49,472 nucleotides of DNA from assembly GCA_002189035.1 (NCBI GenBank), contig NEEC01000294.1, positions 1 through 49,472 on the forward strand. Direction: 5' to 3'. The position numbers and the translations under genes are program-made. This document shows positions 1 through 11,200 of this stretch, one piece after another; positions within the stretch are counted from its first letter, which is position 1, and every line of letters begins with the position of its first letter. Under the pieces are notes generated by a model, which was given only the letters and a program-made list of their open reading frames with translations, was not told the DNA's origin and did not search any database. This DNA is from Utricularia gibba (Eukaryota; Plantae; Magnoliophyta).

Positions 1-128
1 CAACTAACTTCGGTGCAAGCCAAACATTACCTTTGTCCCGTTCCAGGTGCACCCAAAGACCGCCTGCTCAGTATAAAGTAAGTTGTTGAAAAAATCATGT
101 GGGGTGCACGTGACATCATAATTTAAAC

Positions 129-286
129 AAATGCATCATTTTTTTTAATCGATTTGCATCCAGTTGACCTCATGAGCCATACAGAATCGGGTCAAGGACC
201 AAGTTCCCAGCGAGACTGGCCGCCACAAAACGAGAAGCGGTTCCTTGAAAAACCATGTAGGCAGCCCCCGAAAACCGAACGATAAT
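129..286 (+). repeat. Subunit 1 (~158 bp) of the dimeric monomer, first full instance
   Basis: AAATGCATCATTTTTTTT (129), AGCCATAC (175) and TTGAAAAACCATGTAGGCAGC (245) have counterparts 156-158 bp downstream. Confidence 0.85.
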
Positions 287-443
287 AAATACATCACTTT
301 ATTTGCCGGACTACAACTAACTCTCGGTGCAAGCCAAACCTTACCTTTGTCCCGTTCCAGGTGCACCCAAAGACCGCCTGCTCAAGTATAAAGTAAGTTG
401 TTGAAAAAATCATGTGGGGTGCACGTGACATCATAATTTAAAC
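287..443 (+). repeat. Subunit 2 (~157 bp) of the dimeric monomer, first full instance
   Basis: AAATACATCACTTTATTT (287), AGCCAAAC (332) and TTGAAAAAATCATGTGGGGTGC (401) match the subunit-1 blocks. Confidence 0.85.
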
Positions 444-3400
444 AAATGCATCATTTTTTTTAATCGATTTGCATCCAGTTGACCTCATGAGCCATACAGA
501 ATCGGGGTCAAGGACCAAGTTCCAGCGAGACTGGCCGCCACAAAACGAGAAGCGGTTCCTTGAAAAACCATGTAGGCACCCGAAAACCGAACGATAATAA
601 ATACATCACTTTTGCCGGACTACAACTAACTCTCGGTGCAAGCCAAACATTACCTTTGTCCCGTTCCAGGTGCACCCAAAGACCGCCTGCTCAAGTATAA
701 AGTAAGTTTTGAAAAAATCATGTGGGGTGCACGTGACATCATAATTTAAACAAATGCATCATTTTTTTTAATCGATTTGCATCCAGTTGACCTCATGAGC
801 CATACAGAATCGGGTCAAGGACCAAGTTTCCAGCGAGACTGGCCGCCACAAAACGAGAAGCGGTTCCTTGAAAAACCATGTAGGCAGCCCCGAAAACCGA
901 ACGATAATAAATACATCACTTTATTTGCCGGACTACAACTAACTCTCGGTGCAAGCCAAACCTTACCTTTGTCCCGTTCCAGGTGCACCCAAAGACCGCC
1001 TGCTCAAGTATAAAGTAAGTTGTTGAAAAAATCATGTGGGGTGCACGTGACATCATAATTTAAACAAATGCATCATTTTTTTTAATCGATTTGCATCCAG
1101 TTGACCTCATGAGCCATACAGAATCGGGTCAAGGACCAAGTTCCCAGCGAGACTGGCCGCCACAAAACGAGAAGCGGTTCCTTGAAAAACCATGTAGGCA
1201 GCCCCCGAAAACCGAACGATAATAAATACATCACTTTATTTGCCGGACTACAACTAACTCTCGGTGCAAGCCAAAACATTACCTTTGTCCGTTCCAGGTG
1301 CACCCAAAGACCGCCTGCTCAAGTATAAAGTAAGTTGTTGAAAAAATCATGTGGGGTGCACGTGACATCATAATTTAAACAAATGCATCATTTTTTTTTA
1401 ATCGATTTGCATCCAGTTGACCTCATGAGCCATACAGAATGGGTCAAGGACCAAGTTCCCAGCGAGACTGGCCGCCACAAAACGAGAAGCGGTTCCTTGA
1501 AAAACCATGTAGGCAGCCCCGAAAACCGAACGATAATAAATACATCACTTTATTTGCCGGACTACAACTAACTCTCGGTGCAAGCCAAACCTTACCTTTG
1601 TCCCGTTCCAGGTGCACCCAAGACCGCCTGCTCAAGTATAAAGTAAGTTGTTGAAAAAATCATGTGGGGTGCACGTGACATCATAATTTAAACAAATGCA
1701 TCATTTTTTTTAATCGATTTGCATCCAGTTGACCTCATGAGCCATACAGAATCGGGGGACCAAGTTCCCAGCGAGACTGGCCGCCACAAAACGAGAAGCG
1801 GTTCCTTGAAAAACCATGTAGGCACCCCGAAAACCGAACGATAATAAATACATCACTTTATTTGCCGGACTACAACTAACTCTCGGTGCAAGCCAAACAT
1901 TACCTTTGTCCCGTTCCAGGTGCACCCAAAGACCGCCTGCTCAAGTATAAAGTAAGTTGTTGAAAAAATCATGTGGGTGCACGTGACATCATAATTTAAA
2001 CAAATGCATCATTTTTTTTAATCGATTTGCATCCAGTTGACCTCATGAGCCATACAGAATCGGGGTCAAGGACCAAGTTCCCAGCGAGACTGGCCGCCAC
2101 AAAACGAGAAGCGGTTCCTTGAAAAACCATGTAGGCAACCCCCGAAAACCGAACGATAATAAATACATCACTTTATTTGCCGGACTACAACTAACTCTCG
2201 GTGCAAGCCAAACATTACCTTTGTCCCGTTCCAGGTGCACCCAAAGACGCCTGCTCAAGTATAAAGTAAGTTGTTGAAAAAATCATGTGGGTGCACGTGA
2301 CATCATAATTTAAACAAATGCATCATTTTTTTTAATCGATTTGCATCCAGTTGACCTCATGAGCCATACAGAATCGGGTCAAGGACCAAGTTCCCAGCGA
2401 GACTGGCCGCACAAAACGAGAAGCGGTTCCTTGAAAAACCATGTAGGCAGCCCCCGAAAACCGAACGATAATAAATACATCACTTTATTTGCCGGACTAC
2501 AACTAACTCTCGGTGCAAGCCAAACATTACCTTTGTCCCGTTCAGGTGCACCCAAAGACCGCCTGCTCAAGTATAAAGTAAGTTGTTGAAAAAATCATGT
2601 GGGTGCACGTGACATCATAATTTAAACAAATGCATCATTTTTTTTAATCGATTTGCATCCAGTTGACCTCATGAGCCATACAGAATCGGGGTCAAGGACC
2701 AAGTTCCAGCGAGACTGGCCGCCACAAAACGAGAAGCGTTCCTTGAAAAACCATGTAGGCAGCCCCGAAAACCGAACGATAATAAATACATCACTTTTAT
2801 TTGCCGGACTACAACTAACTCTCGGTGCAAGCCAAACTTACCTTTGTCCCGTTCCAGGTGCACCCAAAGACCGCCTGCTCAAGTATAAAGTAAGTTGAAA
2901 AAATCATGTGGGGTGCACGTGACATCATAATTTAAACAAATGCATCATTTTTTTTTAATCGATTTGCATCCAGTTGACCTCATGAGCCATACAGAATCGG
3001 GTCAAGGACCAAGTTCCCAGCGAGACTGGCCGCCACAAAACGAGAAGCGGTTCCTTGAAAAACCATGTAGGCAGCCCCGAAAACCGAACGAATAAATACA
3101 TCACTTTATTTGCCGGACTACAACTAACTCTCGGTGCAAGCCAAACCTTTGTCCCGTTCCAGGTGCACCCAAAGACCGCCTGCTCAAGTAAAGTAAGTTG
3201 TTGAAAAAATCATGTGGGGTGCACGTGACATCATAATTTAAACAAATGCATCATTTTTTTAATCGATTTGCATCCAGTTGACCTCATGAGCCATACAGAA
3301 TCGGGGTCAAGGACCAAGTTCCCAGCGAGACTGGCCGCCACAAAACGAGAAGCGGTTCCTTGAAAAACCATGTAGGCAGCCCCCGAAAACCGAACGATAA

Positions 3401-6400
3401 TAAATACATCACTTTATTTGCCGGACTACAACTAACTCTCGGTGCAAGCCAAACCTTACCTTTGTCCCGTTCCAGGTGCACCCAAAGACCGCCTGCTCAA
3501 GTATAAAGTAAGTTGTTGAAAAATCATGTGGGGTGCACGTGACATCATAATTTAAACAAATGCATCATTTTTTTTAATCGATTTGCATCCAGTTGACCTC
3601 ATGAGCCATACAGAATCGGGTCAAGGACCAAGTTCCCAGCGAGACTGGCCGCCACAAAACGAGAAGCGGTTCCTTGAAAAACCATGTAGGCACCCCGAAA
3701 ACCGAACGATAATAAATACATCACTTTATTTGCCGGACTACAACTAACTCTCGGTGCAAGCCAAACCTTACCTTTGTCCGTTCCAGGTGCACCAAAGACC
3801 GCCTGCTCAAGTATAAAGTAAGTTGTTGAAAAAATCATGTGGGGTGCACGTGACATCATAATTTAAACAAATGCATCATTTTTTTAATCGATTTGCATCC
3901 AGTTGACCTCATGAGCCATACAGAATCGGGGGGACCAAGTTCCCAGCGAGACTGGCCGCCACAAAACGAGAAGCGGTTCCTTGAAAAACCATGTAGGCAG
4001 CCCCGAAAACCGAACGATAATAAATACATCACTTTATTTGCCGGACTACAACTAACTCTCGGTGCAAGCCAAACATTACCTTTGTCCCGTTCCAGGTGCC
4101 CAAAGACCGCCTGCTCAAGTATAAAGTAAGTTGAAAAAATCATGTGGGGTGCACGTGACATCATAATTTAAACAAATGCATCATTTTTTTTAATCGATTT
4201 GCATCCAGTTGACCTCATGAGCCATACAGAATCGGGGTCAAGGACCAAGTTCCCAGCGAGACTGGCCGCCACAAAACGAGAAGCGGTTCCTTGAAAAAAC
4301 CATGTAGGCACCCCCGAAAACCGAACGATAATAAATACATCACTTTATTTGCCGGACTACAACTAACTCTCGGTGCAAGCCAAACCTTACCTTTGTCCCG
4401 TTCCAGGTGCACCCAAAGACCGCCTGCTCAAGTATAAAGTAAGTTGTTGAAAAAATCATGTGGGGTGCACGTGACATCATAATTTAAACAAATGCATCAT
4501 TTTTTTTAATCGATTTGCATCCAGTTGACCTCATGAGCCATACAGAATCGGGTCAAGGACCAAGTTCCCAGCGAGACTGGCCGCCACAAAACGAGAAGCG
4601 GTTCCTTGAAAAACCATGTAGGCAGCCCCCGAAAACCGAACGATAATAAATACATCACTTTATTTGCCGGACTACAACTAACTCTCGGTGCAAGCCAAAC
4701 ATTACCTTTGTCCCGTTCCAGGTGCCCAAAGACCGCCTGCTCAAGTATAAAGTAAGTTGTTGAAAAAATCATGTGGGGTGCACGTGACATCATAATTTAA
4801 ACAAATGCATCATTTTTTTTAATCGATTTGCATCCAGTTGACCTCATGAGCCATACAGAATCGGGGTCAAGGACCAAGTTCCCAGCGAGACTGGCCGCCA
4901 CAAAACGAGAAGCGGTTCCTTGAAAAACCATGTAGGCAGCCCCGAAAACGAACGATAATAAATACATCACTTTATTTGCCGGACTACAACTAACTCTCGG
5001 TGCAAGCCAAACCTTACCTTTGTCCCGTTCCAGGTGCACCCAAAGACCGCCTGCTCAAGTAAAGTAAGTTGTTGAAAAAATCATGTGGGTGCACGTGACA
5101 TCATAATTTAAACAAATGCATCATTTTTTTTAATCGATTTGCATCCAGTTGACCTCATGAGCCATACAGAATCGGGGCAAGGACCAAGTTCCAGCGAGAC
5201 TGGCCGCCACAAAACGAGAAGCGGTTCCTTGAAAAACCATGTAGGCAGCCCCGAAAACCGAACGATAATAAATACATCACTTTTTGCCGGACTACAACTA
5301 ACTCTCGGTGCAAGCCAAACATTACCTTTGTCCCGTTCCAGGTGCCCCAAAGACCGCCTGCTCAAGTATAAAGTAAGTTGAAAAAATCATGTGGGGTGCA
5401 CGTGACATCATAATTTAAACAAAATCATTTTTTTTAATCGATTTGCATCCAGTTGACCTCATGAGCCATACAGAATCGGGTCAAGGACCAAGTTCCCAGC
5501 GAGACTGGCCGCCACAAAACGAGAAGCGGTTCCTTGAAAAACCATGTAGGCAACCCCGAAAACCGAACGATAATAAATACATCACTTTATTTGCCGGACT
5601 ACAACTAACTCTCGGTGCAAGCCAAACATTACCTTTGTCCCGTTCCAGGTGCACCCAAAGACCGCCTGCTCAAGTATAAAGTAAGTTGTTGAAAAAATCA
5701 TGTGGGGTGCACGTGACATCATAATTTAAACAAATGCATCATTTTTTTTAATCGATTTGCATCCAGTTGACCTCATGAGCCATACAGAATCGGGGTCAAG
5801 GACCAAGTTCCCAGCGAGACTGGCCGCCACAAAACGAGAAGCTGTTCCTTGAAAAACCATGTAGGCAGCCCCCGAAAACCGAACGATAATAAATACATCA
5901 CTTTATTTGCCGGACTACAACTAACTCTCGGTGCAAGCCAAACATTACCTTTGTCCCGTTCCAGGTGCACCCAAAGACCGCCTGCTCAAGTATAAAGTAA
6001 GTTGTTGAAAAAATCATGTGGGGTGCACGTGACATCATAATTTAAACAAATGCATCATTTTTTTTAATCGATTTGCATCCAGTTGACCTCATGAGCCATA
6101 CAGAATCGGGGCAAGGACCAAGTTCCCAGCGAGACTGGCCGCCACAAAACGAGAAGCGGTTCCTTGAAAAACCATGTAGGCAGCCCCGAAAACCGAACGA
6201 TAATAAATACATCACTTTATTTGCCGGACTACAACTAACTCTCGGTGCAAGCCAAACATTACCTTTGTCCCGTTCCAGGTGCACCCAAAGACCGCCTGCT
6301 CAAGTATAAAGTAAGTTGTTGAAAAAATCATGTGGGGTGCACGTGACATCATAATTTAAACAAATGCATCATTTTTTTTAATCGATTTGCATCCAGTTGA

Positions 6401-7920
6401 CCTCATGAGCCATACAGAATCGGGTCAAGGACCAAGTTCCCAGCGAGACTGGCCGCCACAAAACGAGAAGCGGTTCCTTGAAAAACCATGTAGGCAGCCC
6501 CCGAAAACCGAACGAAATAAATACATCACTTTATTTGCCGGACTACAACTAACTCTCGGTGCAAGCCAAACATTACCTTTGTCCCGTTCCAGGTGCACCC
6601 AAAGACCGCCTGCTCAAGTATAAAGTAAGTTGTTGAAAAATCATGTGGGGTGCACGTGACATCATAATTTAAACAAATGCATCATTTTTTTTTAATCGAT
6701 TTGCATCCAGTTGACCTCATGAGCCATACAGAATCGGGGGGACCAAGTTCCAGCGAGACTGGCCGCCACAAAACGAGAAGCGGTTCCTTGAAAAACCATG
6801 TAGGCAGCCCCGAAAACCGAACGATAATAAATACATCACTTTATTTGCCGGACTACAACTAACTCTCGGTGCAAGCCAAACATTACCTTTGTCCCGTTCC
6901 AGGTGCACCCAAAGACCGCCTGCTCAAGTATAAAGTTGTTGAAAAAATCATGTGGGGTGCACGTGACATCATAATTTAAACAAATGCATTTTTTTTTTAA
7001 TCGATTTGCATCCAGTTGACCTCATGAGCCATACAGAATCGGGGTCAAGGACCAAGTTCCCAGCGAGACTGGCCGCCACAAAACGAGAAGCGGTTCCTTG
7101 AAAAACCATGTAGGCAGCCCCCGAAAACCGAACGATAATAAATACATCACTTTATTTGCCGGACTACAACTAACTCTCGGTGCAAGCCAAACCCCTTTGT
7201 CCCGTTCCAGGTGCACCCAAAGACCGCCTGCTCAAGTATAAAGTAAGTTGTTGAAAAAATCATGTGGGGTGCACGTGACATCATAATTTAAACAAATGCA
7301 TCATTTTTTTTAATCGATTTGCATCCAGTTGACCTCATGAGCCATACAGAATCGGGGTCAAGGACCAAGTTCCCAGCGAGACTGGCCGCCACAAAACGAG
7401 AAGCGGTTCCTTGAAAAACCATGTAGGCAGCCCCCGAAAACCGAACGATAATAAATACATCACTTTATTTGCCGGACTACAACTAACTCTCGGTGCAAGC
7501 CAAACATTACCTTTGTCCCGTTCCAGGTGCACCCAAAGACCGCCTGCTCAAGTATAAAGTAAGTTGTTGAAAAATCATGTGGGGTGCACGTGACATCATA
7601 ATTTAAAACAAATGCATCATTTTTTTTAATCGATTTGCATCCAGTTGACCTCATGAGCCATACAGAATCGGGGCAAGGACCAAGTTCCCAGCGAGACTGG
7701 CCGCCACAAAACGAGAAGCGGTTCCTTGAAAAACCATGTAGGCAGCCCCGAAAACCGAACGATAATAAATACATCACTTTATTTGCCGGACTACAACTAA
7801 CTCTCGGTGCAAGCCAAACATTACCTTTGTCCCGTTCCAGGTGCACCCAAAGACCGCCTGCTCAAGTATAAAGTAAGTTGTTGAAAAAATCATGTGGGGT
7901 GCACGTGACATCATAATTTA

Positions 7921-8236
7921 AACAAATGCATCATTTTTTTTAATCGATTTGCATCCAGTTGACCTCATGAGCCATACAGAATCGGGGTCAAGGACCAAGT
8001 TCCCAGCGAGACTGGCCGCCACAAAACGAGAAGCGGTTCCTTGAAAAACCATGTAGGCAGCCCCCGAAAACCGAACGATAATAAATACATCACTTTATTT
8101 GCCGGACTACAACTAACTCTCGGTGCAAGCCAAACATTACCTTTGTCCCGTTCCAGGTGCACCCAAAGACCGCCTGCTCAAGTATAAAGTAAGTTGTTGA
8201 AAAAATCATGTGGGGTGCACGTGACATCATAATTTA
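7921..8236 (+). repeat. Representative full-length type-A monomer (316 bp)
   Basis: Carries the long form of each homopolymer (GGGG, CCCCC, T8, GGGG). Manual count 141/316 G+C and 14 CpG. Confidence 0.95.
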
Positions 8237-11200
8237 AACAAATGCATCATTTTTTTTAATCGATTTGCATCCAGTTGACCTCATGAGCCATACAGAATCG
8301 GGGTCAAGGACCAAGTTCCCAGCGAGACTGGCCGCCACAAAACGAGAAGCGGTTCCTTGAAAAACCATGTAGGCAGCCCCCGAAACCGAACGATAATAAA
8401 TACATCACTTTATTTGCCGGACTACAACTAACTCTCGGTGCAAGCCAAACATTACCTTTGTCCCGTTCCAGGTGCACCCAAAGACCGCCTGCTCAAGTAT
8501 AAAGTAAGTTGTTGAAAAAATCATGTGGGTGCACGTGACATCATAATTTAAACAAATGCATCATTTTTTTTAATCGATTTGCATCCAGTTGACCTCATGA
8601 GCCATACAGAATCGGGTCAAGGACCAAGTTCCCAGCGAGACTGGCCGCCACAAAACGAGAAGCGGTTCCTTGAAAAACCATGTAGGCAGCCCCCGAAAAC
8701 CGAACGATAATAAATACATCACTTTATTTGCCGACTACAACTAACTCTCGGTGCAAGCCAAACATTACCTTTGTCCCGTTCCAGGTGCACCCAAAGACCG
8801 CCTGCTCAAGTATAAAGTGTTGAAAAAATCATGTGGGGTGCACGTGACATCATAATTTAAACAAATGCATCATTTTTTTTAATCGATTTGCATCCAGTTG
8901 ACCTCATGAGCCATACAGAATCGGGTCAAGGACCAAGTTCCCAGCGAGACTGGCCGCCAAAAACGAGAAGCGGTTCCTTGAAAAACCATGTAGGCAGCCC
9001 CCGAAAACCGAACGATAATAAATACATCACTTTATTTGCCGGACTACAACTAACTCTCGGTGCAAGCCAAACATTACCTTTGTCCCGTTCCAGGTGCACC
9101 CAAAGACCGCCTGCTCAAGTATAAAGTAAGTTGTTGAAAAAATCATGTGGGGTGCACGTGACATCATAATTTAAACAAATGCATCATTTTTTTAATCGAT
9201 TTGCATCCAGTTGACCTCATGAGCCATACAGAATCGGGGGGACCAAGTTCCAGCGAGACTGGCCGCCACAAAACGAGAAGCGGTTCCTTGAAAAACCATG
9301 TAGGCAGCCCGAAAACCGAACGATAATAAATACATCACTTTATTTGCCGGACTACAACTAACTCTCGGTGCAAGCCAAACATTACCTTTGTCCCGTTCCA
9401 GGTGCACCCAAAGACCGCCTGCTCAAGTATAAAGTAAGTTGAAAAAATCATGTGGGGTGCACGTGACATCATAATTTAAACAAATGCATCATTTTTTTTA
9501 ATCGATTTGCATCCAGTTGACCTCATGAGCCATACAGAATCGGGGTCAAGGACCAAGTTCCCAGCGAGACTGGCCGCCACAAAACGAGAAGCGGTTCCTT
9601 GAAAAACCATGTAGGCAGCCCCGAAAACCGAACGATAATAAATACATCACTTTATTTGCCGGACTACAACTAACTCTCGGTGCAAGCCAAACATTACCTT
9701 TGTCCCGTTCCAGGTGCACCCAAAGACCGCCTGCTCAAGTATAAAGTAAGTTGTTGAAAAAATCATGTGGGGTGCACGTGACATCATAATTTAAACAAAT
9801 GCATCATTTTTTTTAATCGATTTGCATCCAGTTGACCTCATGAGCCATACAGAATCGGGGTCAAGGACCAAGTTCCCAGCGAGACTGGCCGCCACAAAAC
9901 GAGAAGCGGTTCCTTGAAAAACCATGTAGGCAGCCCCGAAAACCGAACGATAATAAATACATCACTTTATTTGCCGGACTACAACTAACTCTCGGTGCAA
10001 GCCAAACATTACCTTTGTCCCGTTCCAGGTGCACCCAAAGACGCCTGCTCAAGTATAAAGTAAGTTGTTGTTGAAAAAATCATGTGGGGTGCACGTGACA
10101 TCATAATTTAAACAAATGCATCATTTTTTTAATCGATTTGCATCCAGTTGACCTCATGAGCCATACAGAATCGGGGAGGACCAAGTTCCAGCGAGACTGG
10201 CCGCCACAAAACGAGAAGCGGTTCCTTGAAAAACCATGTAGGCAGCCCCGAAAACCGAACGATAATAAATACATCACTTTATTTGCCGGACTACAACTAA
10301 CTCTCGGTGCAAGCCAAACATTACCTTTGTCCCGTTCCAGGTGCACCCAAAGACCGCCTGCTCAAGTATAAAGTAAGTTGTTGAAAAAATCATGTGGGGT
10401 GCACGTGACATCATAATTTAAACAAATGCATCATTTTTTTTAATCGATTTGCATCCAGTTGACCTCATGAGCCATACAGAATCGGGTCAAGGACCAAGTT
10501 CCCAGCGAGACTGGCCGCCACAAAACGAGAAGCGGTTCCTTGAAAAACCATGTAGGCAGCCCCCGAAAACCGAACGATAATAAATACATCACTTTATTTG
10601 CCGGACTACAACTAACTCTCGGTGCAAGCCAAACATTACCTTTGTCCCGTTCCAGGTGCACCCAAAGACCGCCTGCTCAAGTATAAAGTAAGTTGTTGAA
10701 AAAATCATGTGGGGTGCACGTGACATCATAATTTAAACAAATGCATCATTTTTTTTAATCGATTTGCATCCAGTTGACCTCATGAGCCATACAGAATCGG
10801 GTCAAGGACCAAGTTCCCAGCGAGACTGGCCGCCACAAAACGAGAAGCTGTTCCTTGAAAAACCATGTAGGCAGCCCCGAAAACCGAACGATAATAAATA
10901 CATCACTTTATTTGCCGGACTACAACTAACTCTCGGTGCAAGCCAAACATTACCTTTGTCCCGTTCCAGGTGCACCCAAAGACCGCCTGCTCAAGTATAA
11001 AGTAAGTTGTTGAAAAAATCATGTGGGTGCACGTGACATCATAATTTAAACAAATGCATCATTTTTTTTAATCGATTTGCATCCAGTTGACCTCATGAGC
11101 CATACAATCGGGGTCAAGGACCAAGTTCCCAGCGAGACTGGCCGCCACAAAACGAGAAGCGGTTCCTTGAAAAACCATGTAGGCAGCCCCGAAAACCGAA

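Noticed and set aside
62-83. Spliced-leader gene or promoter idea (GCTCAAG, TATAAA, GTAAGT donor-like)
   Set aside because: It does not match any spliced leader I know beyond CTCAAG, and there is no properly placed Sm site or stem-loops. B changes GTAAGT to GTATGT. These hexamers are common by chance.
231-239. Reverse-strand CGCTTCTCG resembling the 5' end of U2 snRNA
   Set aside because: Only 9 nt; no stem I, branch-point recognition sequence or Sm site follows.
350-366. CENP-B-box-like 17-mer (reverse strand GTGCACCTGGAACGGGA)
   Set aside because: It matches 10/17 overall but only 6 of the 9 essential bases of NTTCGNNNNANNCGGGN, lacking TTCG and the central A. The nearby reverse-strand TTCGGTTTTCGGG has a 5-nt rather than 7-nt spacing.
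176-380. 5S rRNA-like fragments GCCATAC, TGTAGGC and AGACCGCCTG
   Set aside because: Order and spacing do not match 5S rRNA and the sequence between them is not alignable; short chance matches.
361-426. Inverted repeat GTGCACCC...GGGTGCAC and short palindromes (AATCGATT, CTCATGAG)
   Set aside because: Only 8 bp each; the inverted repeat is lost in B. There is no target-site duplication or discrete element boundary, so no MITE or terminator call.
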